A stretch of DNA of 61,870 nt from Polyangiales bacterium (GTDB lineage: Bacteria; Myxococcota_A; Polyangia; Polyangiales; Polyangiaceae), in contig JBBRLQ010000040.1 in assembly GCA_038231275.1 (NCBI GenBank), positions 1 to 61,870 of the forward strand, given 5' to 3'. The translations under genes were made by a program, and so were the position numbers. This document shows positions 30,809 through 39,534 of this stretch, piece after piece; positions within the stretch are counted from its first letter, which is position 1, and each line of letters opens with the position of its first letter. The notes beneath the pieces are model-generated. The model was not told where the DNA came from. It saw nothing but the letters and a program-made list of their open reading frames with translations, and ran no database searches.

Positions 30809-30845
30809 GAGTGGAGCGAAGCGCAGCGGAGCGAAATGCTCCTGA
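30809..30845 (+). repeat. Dispersed short repeat, copy 1
   Basis: GAGTGGAGCGAAGCGCAGCGGAGC (24 bp) is identical to the reverse complement of 60869-60892; similarity extends to ..TCCTGA. Confidence 0.8.
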
Positions 30846-30882
30846 CGGAAAGCTCGGCGCCGCAGCGCGCAAGGAGGAGACG

Positions 30883-31935
30883 ATGAGGACCGTTTCGAAC
30901 GTCCGCCCGGCCGCGCGAGAGCCGCAAGCGGCGCACCCGTCGGTACAACTCTGGGAAGAGCTCGCGCCCTCGGTGTTCTCGCTGAAGACGCTCCTGCGGC
31001 GCGCGGACCGCGAGGCCATCGAGGAGGGGGCCATTCCCCCGCTGACCTCCGAGCGAATCGCGGTGGCCTGGGGTCGCTTCGAGGTCCTGGTGAACGCGAC
31101 GCTCGGCGACGAGGCCGAGGGCGATGACGAGAACAAGAACAGAGTTGGCGCGCGCCTTCAAGCCGACCTCCACCCCTACTTGCTCCTCTCGGAGAACGCC
31201 GAGCGTTGGTATGCAAAGCCGAGGGGCTACGCGGGCGACTTCCTCAGCATCGCGAAGATCTACGAGAACGCGCCGCGAGGGCACGGCCGCCTCGGCGCCA
31301 TCGTGGACCAGTGCTTCCTGGAGCTGGCGGCCGCGCGCGCCGTCCGAAACCGACGAGGGCTCTTGGCGAAGGAGATCCGCTCGGTGATCGACGCCAACGA
31401 AGGCCGTCGCGCGCGGGTTACGAGCATGGCGTGCGGCCCCGCCGAGGAGCTCTTCGACGTCTACGCGACGCTGCCCGACGCGAGCTGCCTGCGGTCGACC
31501 CTCATCGACATGGACCTCCAAGCCCTCGCTCACGTCGCCGATCGGCGCGACCGCGGCCGGCTTCGGACGCAGATGTCCCTGGCCAACGAGAACCTCGTGC
31601 ACCTCGCCACCGGCCGCCGGCAGCTCCTCCTGGAGAACCAGGATCTCGTCTACAGCGTCGGCCTCATCGACTACTTCGACGACGACATGGTGGTGAAGCT
31701 CCTCGGCTTCGTCCACCGGGCACTCCGCCCGGGTGGCCGCGTCCTCCTCGGCAATTTTCATCCTCGAAATCCGACCAAGGCGCTGATGGATCACGTCCTC
31801 GAGTGGCGACTCGTGCATCGGACCGAGGAGGACATGGATCGCCTGTTCCGGCGCTCGGCGTTCGGCCGCGCCGCGTCGCGTGTGGTGTTCGAAGAGCAGC
31901 GGATCAACCTCTTCGCGGAGTGCGTGAAGGAGTGA
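30883..31935 (+). CDS. Class I SAM-dependent methyltransferase, PhcB-like
   Basis: AAGGAGGAG RBS; KPRGYAGD, AVRNRR, SMACGPAEE, DLVYSVGLIDY, LRPGG, GNF. Confidence 0.85.
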   Translation: MRTVSNVRPAAREPQAAHPSVQLWEELAPSVFSLKTLLRRADREAIEEGAIPPLTSERIAVAWGRFEVLVNATLGDEAEGDDENKNRVGARLQADLHPYLLLSENAERWYAKPRGYAGDFLSIAKIYENAPRGHGRLGAIVDQCFLELAAARAVRNRRGLLAKEIRSVIDANEGRRARVTSMACGPAEELFDVYATLPDASCLRSTLIDMDLQALAHVADRRDRGRLRTQMSLANENLVHLATGRRQLLLENQDLVYSVGLIDYFDDDMVVKLLGFVHRALRPGGRVLLGNFHPRNPTKALMDHVLEWRLVHRTEEDMDRLFRRSAFGRAASRVVFEEQRINLFAECVKE

Positions 31936-31938
31936 CGG

Positions 31939-33009
31939 TCAGAAGAGGCCGGCCTTGCCGCTGGCCTTGAGCGCGTCGACGACGGCCCGCACGTCCTGCG
32001 CGCGCTCGCGCGGCATGACGAGGAGCGCGTCGCCGGTGTCCACGACGACGAGGTCTTCGACGCCGACCAGCGCGATCACCCTCTTTTTCCCGCTCAGATC
32101 GCGCACAAGGTTCCCGCGCGCGTCGATGGCGATGCCCGTCTCCGGCATCGCGTTGCCATTCGCGTCCTTGTCCGCGAGCTCCCACGCGCTCTGCCAGCCG
32201 CCGACGTCGTTCCAGCCGAAGTCGCCGCGCACCACCGCGACGTTCGAGGCCTTCTCCATCACGCCGTGATCGATCGAGATCGACGGGAGCGTCGGAAACA
32301 CCGCCCCGAGCGTGCTCGCGTCTGCGTCGATGCGGGAGAGGCCGCGATCGAGATCGGGGAGGTGCTTGGCGATCGCGTCGGTCATCGCGCGCGCTCGGAA
32401 GAAGAACATGCCGGCGTTCCACAGATGACGCCCGCCGGCGACGTACTCCTTCGCCTTCGCGAGGTCCGGCTTCTCGACGAAGCGCTTCGCCGCGAACGTC
32501 CCCGGCGAGGTCTCGTCGCCGAGCTCGATGTAGCCGTAGCCGGTCTCCGGCCTCGTCGGGCCGATGCCGACGGTCGCGATCGCGTCGCCCCGCGCGGCCT
32601 CGAGCGCGCGCGAGAGGGTCGCCACGAACGCCGTCTCGTCCTTAATGAAGTGATCGCTCGGGAGGACGGCGACGAGCGCGTCGGGGTCGCGCTTCTGGAT
32701 CGCCCGCACAGCCCATCCGATGCACGGGGCCGTGTTGCGTGGGACCGGCTCGGCGAGCAGCTGTTCCCTCGGGACCTGCGGCACGCACTCGGCGGTGGCG
32801 GCGAGAAGGTGGGCGCCGGTCGCGACGTACACCCGCTCGGCGGGCACGAGGGAGGCGATGCGGCGCACAGTCGCGGCGAGGAGCGGCTCGTCCGCGCGGC
32901 CGGCCAGCGGGAGGAGCTGCTTGGGCCGCCCGGCCCGAGACGCCGGCCAGAACCGCGTCCCCGCGCCGCCCGCCATGATGACCGCGTAGACCTTCGCGTC
33001 GTTCGCCAT
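31939..33009 (-). CDS. manC: Mannose-1-phosphate guanylyltransferase
   Basis: MAGGAGTRFWPASR...PKQLL, EP..RNTAP, PSDH, PETGYGYI, FVEKP, WNAGMF, ISIDHGVMEK. Confidence 0.96.
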   Translation of the reverse strand: MANDAKVYAVIMAGGAGTRFWPASRAGRPKQLLPLAGRADEPLLAATVRRIASLVPAERVYVATGAHLLAATAECVPQVPREQLLAEPVPRNTAPCIGWAVRAIQKRDPDALVAVLPSDHFIKDETAFVATLSRALEAARGDAIATVGIGPTRPETGYGYIELGDETSPGTFAAKRFVEKPDLAKAKEYVAGGRHLWNAGMFFFRARAMTDAIAKHLPDLDRGLSRIDADASTLGAVFPTLPSISIDHGVMEKASNVAVVRGDFGWNDVGGWQSAWELADKDANGNAMPETGIAIDARGNLVRDLSGKKRVIALVGVEDLVVVDTGDALLVMPRERAQDVRAVVDALKASGKAGLF

Positions 33010-33080
33010 GCGCCGCGCGTACCACAGATTGGCCGGTTTTTCGCCCGGATCCGTGCCCTCGTCTATACGGGTAAGGCTAG

Positions 33081-34886
33081 ATGCTCTCGTCCGCGCGCTT
33101 GGTCCGTGTCCTCTCGCTTGCGTGGCTCCTGCTCGTGAGCCTCGTCCTTTGTGCGTGCGATCGCGCGCCTGCGCCGCAGCTCATCACGGCGACGGAGCTG
33201 GCGCCGGCGGAGGCTGAGCTGGGGGATCGCCTCGAGGTCGTGGGCGTCGGGTTTCCCAAGGGGAAGACCGCGCGCCTCACGTTTCGCGGGACGTTGCACC
33301 GCCCCGGCGAGCCGCCCGAGAGCGCCGAGATCGAGTTGGCCGCGCCGGCGGTGAGCGCGCAGCGGATCGAGGCGTCGTTGACCGAGGACTTGCAGGCCTC
33401 GTTCTGTGGGCGCGCCGATCGCGCACAGCACACCACGTTCCGCGGCGAGGTCGAGGTCGCGTTTCCGGCGATCGCGCCGGGAGCGCCGCCGGTCGCCGCC
33501 ACAGTGTCCAACGTGACCCTGGATCTTCGGCCTGCTTCTCCGCCGCGCGCCAAGCTCGACGCGCGCCGCGCCGAGGCCGAGCACGTCGCTTCGTTCTTGG
33601 GCTTCGCGCTGGACGACGCCGCGCCGGCGGCCGGCGGGCTCGCGATTCGCGCCGTCACGCCAGGGTCGCGCGCCGAGGCGGCGGGGCTCGTCGCGGGAGA
33701 TGTCGTCACGAGCTTCGACGGCGTGCGGGCGCTGTCGCGTGAGGATCTGATCCCCTCGGGCGCGCGCGCGCGCGTATCGGTCGACGTTCGTAGGGCGGGA
33801 GCCGCGGACGCGACGCTCGAGATCGCGACCGACGGGTATCGGCTCGCTGCGCCCCGCGATCTCGTGGCGGGCGGGCTCGTTCTCCTCGTCGCCGTGGGGA
33901 TCATCCTCTTCTTCTTCGCGCCCGGCGCAGGCGTGCTGCCGTGGGTCGAGCGGCGAATCGCGGCGCGCCTCCTCTCGCGCGGCGCGCTCGTCGCGATGGT
34001 GTCGCGCGCCGGCGCTTCGCGTGCGCCGCTCGTCGCGGCGGGCGCGGCGGGGCTCCTCTTCGCAGTGATGCCGTTCGGGCGCTACGTGGTCCTCGCCGAT
34101 CTCGACATCGGGCTCCTCTTCCTCGTGTCGCTCACGTCGCTCGTCACCATCGGGTGGCTCACTGGCGGCCTACGCGGCGCGGCGCAGAGCGTCAGCTTCG
34201 AGGTGCCCGCGGCCCTCGCGATCGCGTGCGTCGTCGTCATGACCGGCTCGACGCGCCTCCACGAGATCGTCCGCGCGCAGGGCGGCGCCCCGTGGAGCTG
34301 GTACGCGCTGCGCAGCCCCGTCGCGTTCGGCCTCTTCGCCCTCCACCTGAGCGGCGCGCTTGCGCAGAGCGGTGAGGTCCCTGGCGATCTCGCGGAGGCC
34401 GAGTCCATGCCGAAGGCGAGCACGCGGAGCCCGCTGTCGCTCCAGGCGTCCCGCGTCGCGGAGTGGGCGAACGTGCTGGTCACCGCGGGGACGAGCGCGG
34501 CGCTCTTTCTCGGCGGATGGCGCCTCCCCGGCATCACGCTGGGACAAGAGACCGGGCACCTCGGCCTCGAGATCCTCGGCAGCGCCGTCTTCCTCCTCAA
34601 GACCGGCGTCCTCGTCGGCCTGGTGGCGTTCGCGCGTCGCACGGTCCCGATCGTGACGGTGGCGCAGGCGACGCGTCTCTGCTGGAGGTGGCTCGTCCCG
34701 GCGGCCGCCGTAGGGCTGGCCGCGACGCTCGGCTGGCAGATCGCGTCGCCGAGCGCGACGATCGAGCGCGTCGTGGCGATGGGGACCTGCGCGCTCGTGG
34801 CGTTGGCTTTCTTGCGCGTCGTCCACCGCGTGCGCTTCGCCGCGCGCATGGGACCGTCCGACAACCCCACCAGCGCCTTTCTCTAG
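33081..34886 (+). CDS. Divergent NuoH-like membrane protein fused to an N-terminal lipoprotein/Ig-like + PDZ region
   Basis: Lipobox LCA-C; PDZ (AIRAVTPGSRAEAAGL.AGDVV.SFDG); NuoH motifs MPFG, LRGAAQSVSFEVP, EIV.AQ, DLAEAES, ALFLGGW, LCWRWLVP. Confidence 0.85.
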   Translation: MLSSARLVRVLSLAWLLLVSLVLCACDRAPAPQLITATELAPAEAELGDRLEVVGVGFPKGKTARLTFRGTLHRPGEPPESAEIELAAPAVSAQRIEASLTEDLQASFCGRADRAQHTTFRGEVEVAFPAIAPGAPPVAATVSNVTLDLRPASPPRAKLDARRAEAEHVASFLGFALDDAAPAAGGLAIRAVTPGSRAEAAGLVAGDVVTSFDGVRALSREDLIPSGARARVSVDVRRAGAADATLEIATDGYRLAAPRDLVAGGLVLLVAVGIILFFFAPGAGVLPWVERRIAARLLSRGALVAMVSRAGASRAPLVAAGAAGLLFAVMPFGRYVVLADLDIGLLFLVSLTSLVTIGWLTGGLRGAAQSVSFEVPAALAIACVVVMTGSTRLHEIVRAQGGAPWSWYALRSPVAFGLFALHLSGALAQSGEVPGDLAEAESMPKASTRSPLSLQASRVAEWANVLVTAGTSAALFLGGWRLPGITLGQETGHLGLEILGSAVFLLKTGVLVGLVAFARRTVPIVTVAQATRLCWRWLVPAAAVGLAATLGWQIASPSATIERVVAMGTCALVALAFLRVVHRVRFAARMGPSDNPTSAFL

Positions 34887-34950
34887 AGCTAGCGTCGGAC
34901 GTCGCCCGCTTGCGCAAAATCCCCGATAAAACTAGCGTGGCTCACCCCCC

Positions 34951-37359
34951 ATGCCCGACCTCTATGGACCCGTCACGCGCGCGTCGCTTGCGTTCGGGCT
35001 GTGGGTCGTCCCGCTCGCGCCGCTCCTCGCCGCCGCGTACGCCGCGTACCTTCTCCTCGCGCGCGCCGTTTCGAAGAAGCGATCGAGCGACCGCGATTCG
35101 GTGATCGTCGCCAACGCCGCGCTGCTCGCCGCGGCCATCTCGTTCGGCGTGGCGGCGTGGTCAACCTTCCGGCTCTCGCAGCTCGAAGAGGGGCAGCGGT
35201 TCTTCCTCGAGCACGTCCTGCGGATGGTCCGCCTCGGGCAGCTCGACGTGTCCCTCGACCTCTCGCTCGATCCGATGTCGTCGGCGATTCTCCTTGCGGT
35301 CTCCGGAGTGGCTCTCGCGCTCTTCGCGACGCTCCGCGCGAGCGCCGCACCCGCTGGGACGATGGCGTGGGCCTGCCTGCTCCTCGCGGCGACGCAGCTC
35401 GCGATCCTCGCCGATGGTCTCGTGGTCGTGATCCTCGCGTGGGAGGTCGCCGCCTGCGCGATCCTCGGCCTCACCCGCGACGCGCGAGCGTTCGTGACCG
35501 CGCGCGTCACCGGCGGCCTCTTCGTCGTCGGCGCGGTCGCGCTCTTCTGGGGCCTCGGCGGCGGCTGGTCCGAGAGTGACTACCTCCCGGATTTGAGCCC
35601 GCGCTTCGCCGCCGTCCACGTGGCCGCCGTGCCCGACGCCGACGACGCGAAGGTGCACAAGGACGAGGAGGCCGAGGAGCGACGTCGTGAGCAAGCGCTC
35701 GCGCAGGCGGGCGGCAAGGGGATGGTCACGATGACCTCGTACCCCGGCGCCCTGATTTTCATGGACGATGCGCGCGCGCCGCTCATGAGCGGCGAGGTCC
35801 CCTTGCGCGCGCCGTTCGTGAAATTTGCGGTGCCCGCGGGCCTGCACTCGTTCCGCATCCACCCCGGCAACGGCCTCGACGACTACCTCGTGTCGCACGT
35901 CCCATTCGCCAAAGATCGGGAGATGGCGCTCGGCGTCTTCGGAGCGACCCTCACGTTCGCGCAAATTCGCGATCAGCTCGTGGTGAACGACTCGCGCGGC
36001 GAGAACGCCGGTCGCGCGCTGCTGCTGTCGCGGACGATCGGGGGCGGGGTGGGCCTCGTGACGGCCGCGTGCCTTCTTTTGCTCGCCGCCGCCGCCGCGC
36101 GGAGCGGTCAGGCCCCGTTGCATGGCCCGCTCCTCCGCATCGGCGCCGCGTCGCCCGCCGTGGCCGCGCTCGTCGCGACGACCGCGACGGTGCTCGGCGC
36201 GCACCTCGCACTTCGGCTTCATGTGCTGATCCAGCTCTCGAGCGTCGCCTCCGCCGTCCTCGCGCTCGTTGGCGGCGCCAGCGCGGTGCTCGCGGCGTGG
36301 CAGGCCTCGCGCGCGACCGATCTGCGGCGTGTCCTCCTGTACCTGACCTCGGCGGAGCTCGGCTTCGCGATGCTCGGCGCCGGCTGCGGGGCGACGTCCG
36401 CCGCCACACTGTCGCTCGCCGTATCGGTCCTAGGGATCGGCGCCTCGTGGAGCTGCCTCGTCGCGCTCGCGCCGAGCGCCGGCACCGATTTGCGCGGCAT
36501 GGGCGGCCTCGCGAAGTCGGCGCCGATGATCGCGCGCGTCTGGTTCGTCGCGTCGGCCGCGTCGTGGATCGTGAGCGTCCCGAAGCTCGCGGTGCTGCTC
36601 GCGGCGTTCGGGACCCTCGCGACGGGGAGGCTGCCGGGGTGGATTCCTTTCGTCCTCGGCGCCGCCGCGATGGGCCTCGGCGCGCACGCGTCGGTCCGCG
36701 CGTACTTCGTGGTCTTCGAAGGGAAGGCGGGCCCGGCGGCGACGTCCGATTTCGTGGCGGTCGCGCGCGGTGCCGCGTGGACGCTCGCGGGGCTCGCCGC
36801 AGTCCTCGGTACGGTGCTCGGATTCGGCGGCCGTTTCGTGGGGAAATCTGGCCTTTCGTCGTTCGACGAGTGGATGGAAGACGCTGCGACGCAGCTCCCC
36901 TCGGCGCCGACGAGCGCAGGTCTCACGTGGGGTCTCCTCCTCGTCGGCGTTGGGATCGGCGTCGCCGGCGCGTCGACCGCAAGGAGTCGCTACGGCGCGG
37001 GCCGCGCGCGCCCCAAAGAGCTCGCCGCGCCGTCGTCCGAGGACGCCGCATCCGCGTCTTCCGCGTCTTCGGTTCCTTCTGCGTCTTCGGCGCGCGCAGC
37101 CTCCGCTCCGCTCGCCGCCGAGGTCGCGGTCGGTGTGGAGCGGTGGGTCCTCGACGGCGCGCACGCCGCGATCGGCTCCGCGTCGCGCGCCGCCGCGCAG
37201 CTCGTCGCGATCGCCGACGACCGGTTCCTCGGCGCCGGCATCGACACCCTCGCCGATCGTTCCGCGCGCCTCGAGCCGCGCGCTCGCGCGACCGTCGTTG
37301 CCGCGTTCGTCCTCGTCACCGCGCTCGTCCTCTACCTCGCACTGCGAACCCCCCAATGA
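34951..37359 (+). CDS. Divergent NuoL-like antiporter subunit with ~130-aa inserted soluble domain
   Basis: PLAPLL, LSLDPMS, AWE, RSGQAPLH, DLRRVL, DLRGMGGLAK..P, C-terminal ERWVLDG. Confidence 0.82.
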   Translation: MPDLYGPVTRASLAFGLWVVPLAPLLAAAYAAYLLLARAVSKKRSSDRDSVIVANAALLAAAISFGVAAWSTFRLSQLEEGQRFFLEHVLRMVRLGQLDVSLDLSLDPMSSAILLAVSGVALALFATLRASAAPAGTMAWACLLLAATQLAILADGLVVVILAWEVAACAILGLTRDARAFVTARVTGGLFVVGAVALFWGLGGGWSESDYLPDLSPRFAAVHVAAVPDADDAKVHKDEEAEERRREQALAQAGGKGMVTMTSYPGALIFMDDARAPLMSGEVPLRAPFVKFAVPAGLHSFRIHPGNGLDDYLVSHVPFAKDREMALGVFGATLTFAQIRDQLVVNDSRGENAGRALLLSRTIGGGVGLVTAACLLLLAAAAARSGQAPLHGPLLRIGAASPAVAALVATTATVLGAHLALRLHVLIQLSSVASAVLALVGGASAVLAAWQASRATDLRRVLLYLTSAELGFAMLGAGCGATSAATLSLAVSVLGIGASWSCLVALAPSAGTDLRGMGGLAKSAPMIARVWFVASAASWIVSVPKLAVLLAAFGTLATGRLPGWIPFVLGAAAMGLGAHASVRAYFVVFEGKAGPAATSDFVAVARGAAWTLAGLAAVLGTVLGFGGRFVGKSGLSSFDEWMEDAATQLPSAPTSAGLTWGLLLVGVGIGVAGASTARSRYGAGRARPKELAAPSSEDAASASSASSVPSASSARAASAPLAAEVAVGVERWVLDGAHAAIGSASRAAAQLVAIADDRFLGAGIDTLADRSARLEPRARATVVAAFVLVTALVLYLALRTPQ

Positions 37360-39452
37360 CCCGACGCCTCCTTCCGCTCGCGCTCCTCGTCTTCGCCGCC
37401 GCTCTGTGGCTGATCCCGCTCCGCGCCGCGCACGCCGAAGGGCGCGCACCCAAGGCGCCGGTCGCTCGCGGGACGATCTCGCTGAGCGTCCCAGGCAGCC
37501 CCGCGGGGCCGGTCACGCTCGTCCCCAAGGACGGCGGCTGGATCGGCGAGTTCCTCGTCCACAACGCCGGACCCGACGTGCTCGCGATCTCGCGCATCGC
37601 CCTGCGCGGCGACGAGGACGACGTCCGTGCCCCCGCGCGTATGGCGGTTCGCTTCGCGGAGGGGGGCGGCACCGCGCTCACCGTGCCGCCGGGTGCGGCG
37701 CGCACGGTCGTCGTCACCTGGACGCCCGACCGCGACTCCCGCGTTCATCAGGCCTTCGCGCACGTCGTCGTGACGTCGAGCGACGAGGCGGCCGGCGAGG
37801 TCGCGATGGGCGTTCACGGGCAACTCCCCCGCGGCGTCGCGATGGTCACCGATCACGTGCTGTCGTGGCTCGTCTTCCTCCCGCTCCTCGCCGCGCTGCT
37901 CGCCGTCGCGATGCAGCTCTCCGGCCACAAGGACGACGCGCTCCTCCGCAAGGTCGCGATCGGCGTCACCGCGGCCCAGTGCCTCCTCGCCGTCTGGGCC
38001 TGCGACGCCTTCAACGGCGACGTCACGCGCATCGACGGCAACGACGGCTATCAGCTCGTCGAGCGCGTCGTGTGGATCCGCTCGCTCGGCGTCGAGTACT
38101 TCGTGGGTGTCGATGGCGTGAGCATGCCGATGGTCCTCCTCACCGCCGTCCTCGGCCTCGTCGGGACGCTCTCGGCCGGCGGCGCCGTCCAGCGCGTGAA
38201 GGGGTTCTATGCATTCTACATGCTCCTCCTCACCGGGATCATGGGCGTCTTCGTCTCGCTGGATCTCGTGCTCTTCTTCGCGTTCTGGCAGGTCGTCCTC
38301 GTTCCCCTCTATTTCCTGCTCGGCGTGTGGGGAGTCGAGCGGCGCGAGCAGGCGGCGGCGAAGACGTTCCTCTTCACGCTGGTGGGCAGCGGCCTCATGC
38401 TCCTCGCGATCCTGGCGCTCTACGCGAACGCCGATCGCACCTTCCTCGTCGACGGCACGACCGTGACGCACACCTTTGCGGTCCCGGAGCTGATGCGCGT
38501 GGCCTTCCATGCCAAGCACCTCACGCTGCTGGGGATGCCGCTCGTGAGGGTCGCGTGGGTGTGCCTCTTCCTCTCCTTCGCCGTCGTCCTCCCGATGTTC
38601 CCGCTGCACCGCTGGCTCCCCGACGCGGTCGTGACGGCGCCGACGCCGATCGGTGTCGTCCTCGTCGGCCTGGTGCTGAAGCTCGGCGCCTACGGGATGG
38701 TGCGCGTGTGCTTCGGTGTCCTCCCGGAGGCGAGCCGGTGGGCGGCGGGGACGGTGATCGCGCTGGGGGTCGTCAACGTCGTCTACGGGGCGCTGTGCGC
38801 CATGGCGCAGACCGATTTGAAGCGCATGTACGCGTACGCGGCGATGAGCCAGATGGGTTTCTGCCTGATCGGCCTCGGGTCGCTGACGCCGCAGGGGATC
38901 GCGGCGTGCGTCGTGCAGATGACGAGCACCGGCGTGCTGGGAGCGATGATGCTCCTGCTCCTTGGCGCGCTCTTCGATCGGGTGAAGACCCGCGAGATCG
39001 CGCAGCTCGCCGGGCTGGGGCGTGAGGTGCCGGCGTTCGCGGCGCTCTTCGGCTTCGCGGTCTTCGCATCGCTGGGCCTGCCGGGGCTCGCCGGCTTTTG
39101 GGGAGAGGTCCTGGCGCTGTTCGGCGCGTTTCCCCTTCATCGTGTGCTGACGTTCATCGCCGCGCTCGGCGTCGCGATCCTCGCCGCCACCTACGTCACG
39201 ACACTCCATAAAATGGTGCTGGGCGAGGTCGGGGACGATCTGCGCAAGGGCCCCGCGTTGGCCCCGTTCAAGGGGAAAATACCGGAGATCACGTCGCGGG
39301 AGCTCGCCATGATCGCGCCCCTCGCGGTCGTCGCGCTGCTTCTCGGGGTGTGGCCTGTGCCGCTGTTGTCCCTCATCGCAGGAGGCGTGCGCGATCTCAC
39401 GGCGCTCGTGAATCCGCCAGGCCCTGACCAGATTGCTTGGCTCGTGCCGTAG
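37356..39452 (+). CDS. NuoM-like antiporter subunit with N-terminal signal peptide and Ig-like domain
   Basis: ATGA overlap with the upstream gene; WI.SLGVEYFVGVDGVS, PLHRWLPDA, LKLGAYG, QTDLKR, SLGLPGLAGFWGE. Confidence 0.9.
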   Translation: MTRRLLPLALLVFAAALWLIPLRAAHAEGRAPKAPVARGTISLSVPGSPAGPVTLVPKDGGWIGEFLVHNAGPDVLAISRIALRGDEDDVRAPARMAVRFAEGGGTALTVPPGAARTVVVTWTPDRDSRVHQAFAHVVVTSSDEAAGEVAMGVHGQLPRGVAMVTDHVLSWLVFLPLLAALLAVAMQLSGHKDDALLRKVAIGVTAAQCLLAVWACDAFNGDVTRIDGNDGYQLVERVVWIRSLGVEYFVGVDGVSMPMVLLTAVLGLVGTLSAGGAVQRVKGFYAFYMLLLTGIMGVFVSLDLVLFFAFWQVVLVPLYFLLGVWGVERREQAAAKTFLFTLVGSGLMLLAILALYANADRTFLVDGTTVTHTFAVPELMRVAFHAKHLTLLGMPLVRVAWVCLFLSFAVVLPMFPLHRWLPDAVVTAPTPIGVVLVGLVLKLGAYGMVRVCFGVLPEASRWAAGTVIALGVVNVVYGALCAMAQTDLKRMYAYAAMSQMGFCLIGLGSLTPQGIAACVVQMTSTGVLGAMMLLLLGALFDRVKTREIAQLAGLGREVPAFAALFGFAVFASLGLPGLAGFWGEVLALFGAFPLHRVLTFIAALGVAILAATYVTTLHKMVLGEVGDDLRKGPALAPFKGKIPEITSRELAMIAPLAVVALLLGVWPVPLLSLIAGGVRDLTALVNPPGPDQIAWLVP

Positions 39453-39534
39453 CACGCCCCTGCCGCTTCTGGCCGCTTCTGGCCTAGCGCGTTTCGCGCT
39501 AAAGCTGCGGCACTTCTGGCCGTTCTTCTCGGTC

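Noticed and set aside
30487..30810. Small ORF between the ECF sigma and the methyltransferase
   Set aside because: No recognisable motif and an uncertain start. It could be a remnant but is not supportable.
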